Below are positions 61,057 through 64,000 of a DNA stretch of 64,000 nucleotides, one piece after another; the first letter of the stretch is position 1; every line of letters starts with the position of its first letter. The position numbers and the translations under genes were made by a program. The stretch comes from Anthoceros angustus. Its lineage: Eukaryota; Plantae; Anthocerotophyta. The notes under the pieces were generated by a model. It was not told the origin of the DNA. It made no database searches and worked only from the letters and a program-made list of their open reading frames with translations. Location: contig MU008170.1 of assembly GCA_010909165.1 (NCBI GenBank), positions 682,001 to 746,000 of the forward strand. Direction: 5' to 3'.

Positions 61057-61089
61057 TGTATATTCAGCCGCTTCAAATATTATGCTGTT
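61057..61089 (-). repeat. Right terminal inverted repeat
   Basis: TGTATATTCAGCCGCTTCAAATATTATGCTGTT followed by AGGC (61090-61093). Confidence 0.88.
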
Positions 61090-62412
61090 AGGCGTAGGTT
61101 GTGCAGGAAGAGCATGAATTTGGAGCATCAAACTTGTGTTTACCGTCTGTTTTGCGAACGCTTTTCTGTGCTGTTTCTCTACAAGCAGGATTATTCAGCA
61201 AAGCGGGCTGCAACAAGGAAATTAGTTTGTAATCCAAATGGTTGATTTGTTCTCGCATATCCTGGATATCCACGCTAATTGTAGCAACGCTTCTTGAAAC
61301 GTTTTCACAGCGCCGATCTACAATTTGCTTTGTTGCCTCTAATCTCTCCACAATCGTATTAACACTAGGGTTTGGTGTTATCTGTATTGTGAGGAAACCA
61401 CGCTGCTGTCCATTTCCGTCAAAAGCTCTCTGGACGCGCAATTCTGGCAAATTTTGTGGATTTCGGGGAGGAAGAGCAAATGTAAGCCCTATGTCTTCAG
61501 GAAAGACAAGTTCTATTATTGTGTTAAAGGCTTCTTTCACATCTGCTATTTGCATAGGCTGACCCTGATTTCTATGACTCCATTCATAGATTCTACGATG
61601 CAGATGATCTGCAGTAGATAGCCTATCAACATTCTTGCGTTTATTTTGCCTATTTGGGATGAGCTCAGCAGGGCGAGGTTGCCACTGCTGGCCATCTACA
61701 CTGGCCATGTCATTTGGCCTGAACTTTTGCTATTTAGATGCAAATGCTTTGCATTCTGTTTTTCCTTTATAATTCTATATGCTATCTGCCGATTAGGTAG
61801 TTGTCCTAGTGTATTCCCACTGAAATTGCTTAGAAACAGCAATTCAGGGGGAGTGCACTAGGGCCTCTACCTGATTCTGCAGATCTGATATAGATGCTTT
61901 AAGAAAACAGCAAAAAGTTCATCTTCTTGATTTGTATTTTGTTTTCTTAAAACTAGAACTGATTTCTAATCAAGAAACAATAAAACTTATATTTTTGTGC
62001 ACATCTTCTAATGCACAAAATTATGTGCATCTTCATAGATGCAACCTACATAGGATGCTCTGATACCATAACGATTTAAGAGGACTATGTAGATCCATTA
62101 AACATATAAATGAATAATTACATTGTGTCAATCAAGAAAAAAAGAGTTAATTAACTAAACATGAAAGACAACTTAACTTAAACCCAAAAGCTACGTCTAT
62201 TCAACCTAGGGAAACAACCCTAATGAAAAGGTATGACTATTGGTATTCTACCCTAGGTAGATATCATTCACTGTGCCGTAAATGGTCAGCACTCATATTC
62301 TCTTCAAGACTTATACAATGTGACGACTGTGAATGAGGAGGTGGGTTGTGTGGCCCTATCGGCCCTACTGGCTAATAGGACTTCTAACAGAGGCTGTTTA
62401 TATACTTCAATA
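61090..62412 (-). mobile_element. 5' part of Copia element 1: 5' LTR (~62069-62412), PBS (62057-62068) and leader ORF (61708 to 61090)
   Basis: GCTCTGATACCA is a minus-strand tRNA-iMet PBS; 206-aa leader ORF with coiled-coil pattern; orientation and order fit gag at 34955 once the TIR element is removed. Confidence 0.75.
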
Positions 62413-62479
62413 TAGGGCCCAACAAGGCCCAGCAAGCTTTCTTGCCTTAGGGTGTGACACTGTGGGTGTGTTAAGGGAC

Positions 62480-63420
62480 TCAAAATCATATCAAGTGGTG
62501 TATGTGCGGCTCCTGAATGCGGGGCTAAGGGGTGAGGCCTAGGTGACACCATTGCTCCTCACCTTACCTTTCCCCACTGACCTTCACCTCTCCAACAATA
62601 GCTTAACAGCTTTTTCTAATGTGCTTTACGTTCCTCACTTGAGTAGGAATATCATATTAGTCGGTCAAGCTATTGAGTCCGGCTATACCTTTTCATTTGC
62701 TCCGGACCGGTGTAGCTTTTTCGATTCCTCTCACCACCTTATTGTCACCTATCCCCCGTCCGGTAGGCTCTTTGGTCTTGATTCTAATCTTCCTTCCAAT
62801 GACATCACTAACTTCTCCCTTTTTCCGAGTTATTCGCCAGTCCCGCCTCGTTCGTTCCAGTCTTTGCTTGGCTTTCCTTCGGAGGAGGACTCTAGAGTCA
62901 ATGCTTGGGGGGAGGTAGCACGGGAGGAGGCACCTCTGCAAGTGAAGTAGCAGCAGCTTGTTGTGCATGTGCACCTCTTCATCCTGGCCATCGACCTGAG
63001 GGGGAGATACCCACTTAAGGAGAAGACGAAGACCGAGAGCCTATGGCATGATCAGGACTTTGCATCCTCAGCTACGAGGCAGGAGACCAATGACTATTCT
63101 TCTAACATGCTGCATCTGAGGGAGAGTATTGGAGTATACAGAGTCCCGCCGTTAAGAGCTCTGTTAGGCAATAGGGCAGTTAAGGCCACACACCCCATCA
63201 CGAGGAGACACACCCCCCTCATCCACAGTTGTCACATTGTATAAGGCTCATTGTGAGCCCATCGTGATCTAATTATTCTCTCTTCTATCCTCCCTGTTGC
63301 ATTCTAGCCTGCCTAATTTCCTACAGCCTAGGCCCCGTTGCAGGTTTTATAACTGTACATGTCAAAAGCATCCTACATGCCATCCCTATGTAACTCCTAT
63401 TTGCATGTTCTCAAGACAGT
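62480..63420 (+). mobile_element. Heavily deleted Copia remnant 3 with PPT and 3' LTR from 63127; right end approximate
   Basis: FSNVLYVPHLSRNIILVGQAIESGYTFSF (pol linker); TGAGGGAGAG PPT; 63127-63245 resembles the reverse complement of 62308-62412. Confidence 0.6.
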
Positions 63421-64000
63421 CTTTGTACTTCACTTGCAAAAAGGCGATCATGTGACTTGACTTGCGTTGGTCTCATTAGTTCAGCAGTATGCCAAAAAGA
63501 GTTCTCCCACCTTCGCATACCCGTACTATTTATGCATAAAGCAAAAGGAGGGGCGCATATTATTTGGTTGGTTCTCCCATATTCAGCAAATGAAACAGGA
63601 AACGAGACATTCCACACTCCAGCTCTTCCGCCACTCGACATAAATTCACTTGATCAGTACATCAATTGCAACCATGTTGTTGTATCCAGGGAAAAATGCT
63701 TCCTATTAAAAGATCTGAGTATCACATGTCGTGAACATGTCTTCAGACTGTTGGCTCTCGGAAATTGAATCCTAGCCTATGCCGTTCTACACCAGCCAAG
63801 AAAACTATACAATGCTGTACATCTAGAAGGAAAAGGACTATCAGCCATTGCCAAACTCAAGCGCTTTTCGATATGAAAATGATTCAATAAAGAGGATAAG
63901 TGGGTGTCATACAACTCTTGCAATCTTCATGAGATATTTGATAGACAACCCACTGAAATGAACTATAGTACCATATTTTCAAGCATAAAATATAGTATAA

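Larger units (their letters stand above)
35151..61089. mobile_element. Giant cargo-bearing TIR DNA transposon (Sola-like), ~26 kb as assembled, ~11 kb after removing the nested Copia and duplications
   Basis: 33-bp TIRs with 32/33 identity, AGGC direct repeat on both flanks, internal DDD transposase; both flanks belong to one Copia element. Confidence 0.85.

Overview
Eukaryotic nuclear DNA from a non-seed land plant. Compact genes with ~70-110 bp GT-AG introns and a large PLS-class PPR gene make a hornwort-like genome my best guess; a lycophyte or fern is not excluded. 1-33 kb holds host genes (At2g02148-like, PLS-E PPR, DUF616, XBAT34/35-like ankyrin-RING, mitochondrial L47, CCHC zinc-knuckle) plus an ~11 kb AT-rich island of gene fragments and compound tandem repeats. 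The main finding is at 35151-61089: a ~26 kb element with 33-bp terminal inverted repeats (32/33 identical) and a 4-bp AGGC target duplication. It is inserted into a Copia element whose two halves rejoin across it. It encodes a spliced Sola-like (DUF7869-type) DDD transposase and, as cargo, a frameshifted beta-class N4-cytosine/N6-adenine DNA methyltransferase-like gene, unknown ORFs and 21-bp repeat arrays. A second Copia, itself carrying a LINE 3' fragment, sits inside the transposase, and the transposase catalytic core is inverted. Five 1.5-3.3 kb head-to-tail duplications and many 1-3 bp indels suggest imperfect long-read assembly, so frameshifts and duplications need read-level confirmation. 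All family assignments come from motif recognition by eye; no searches were run.
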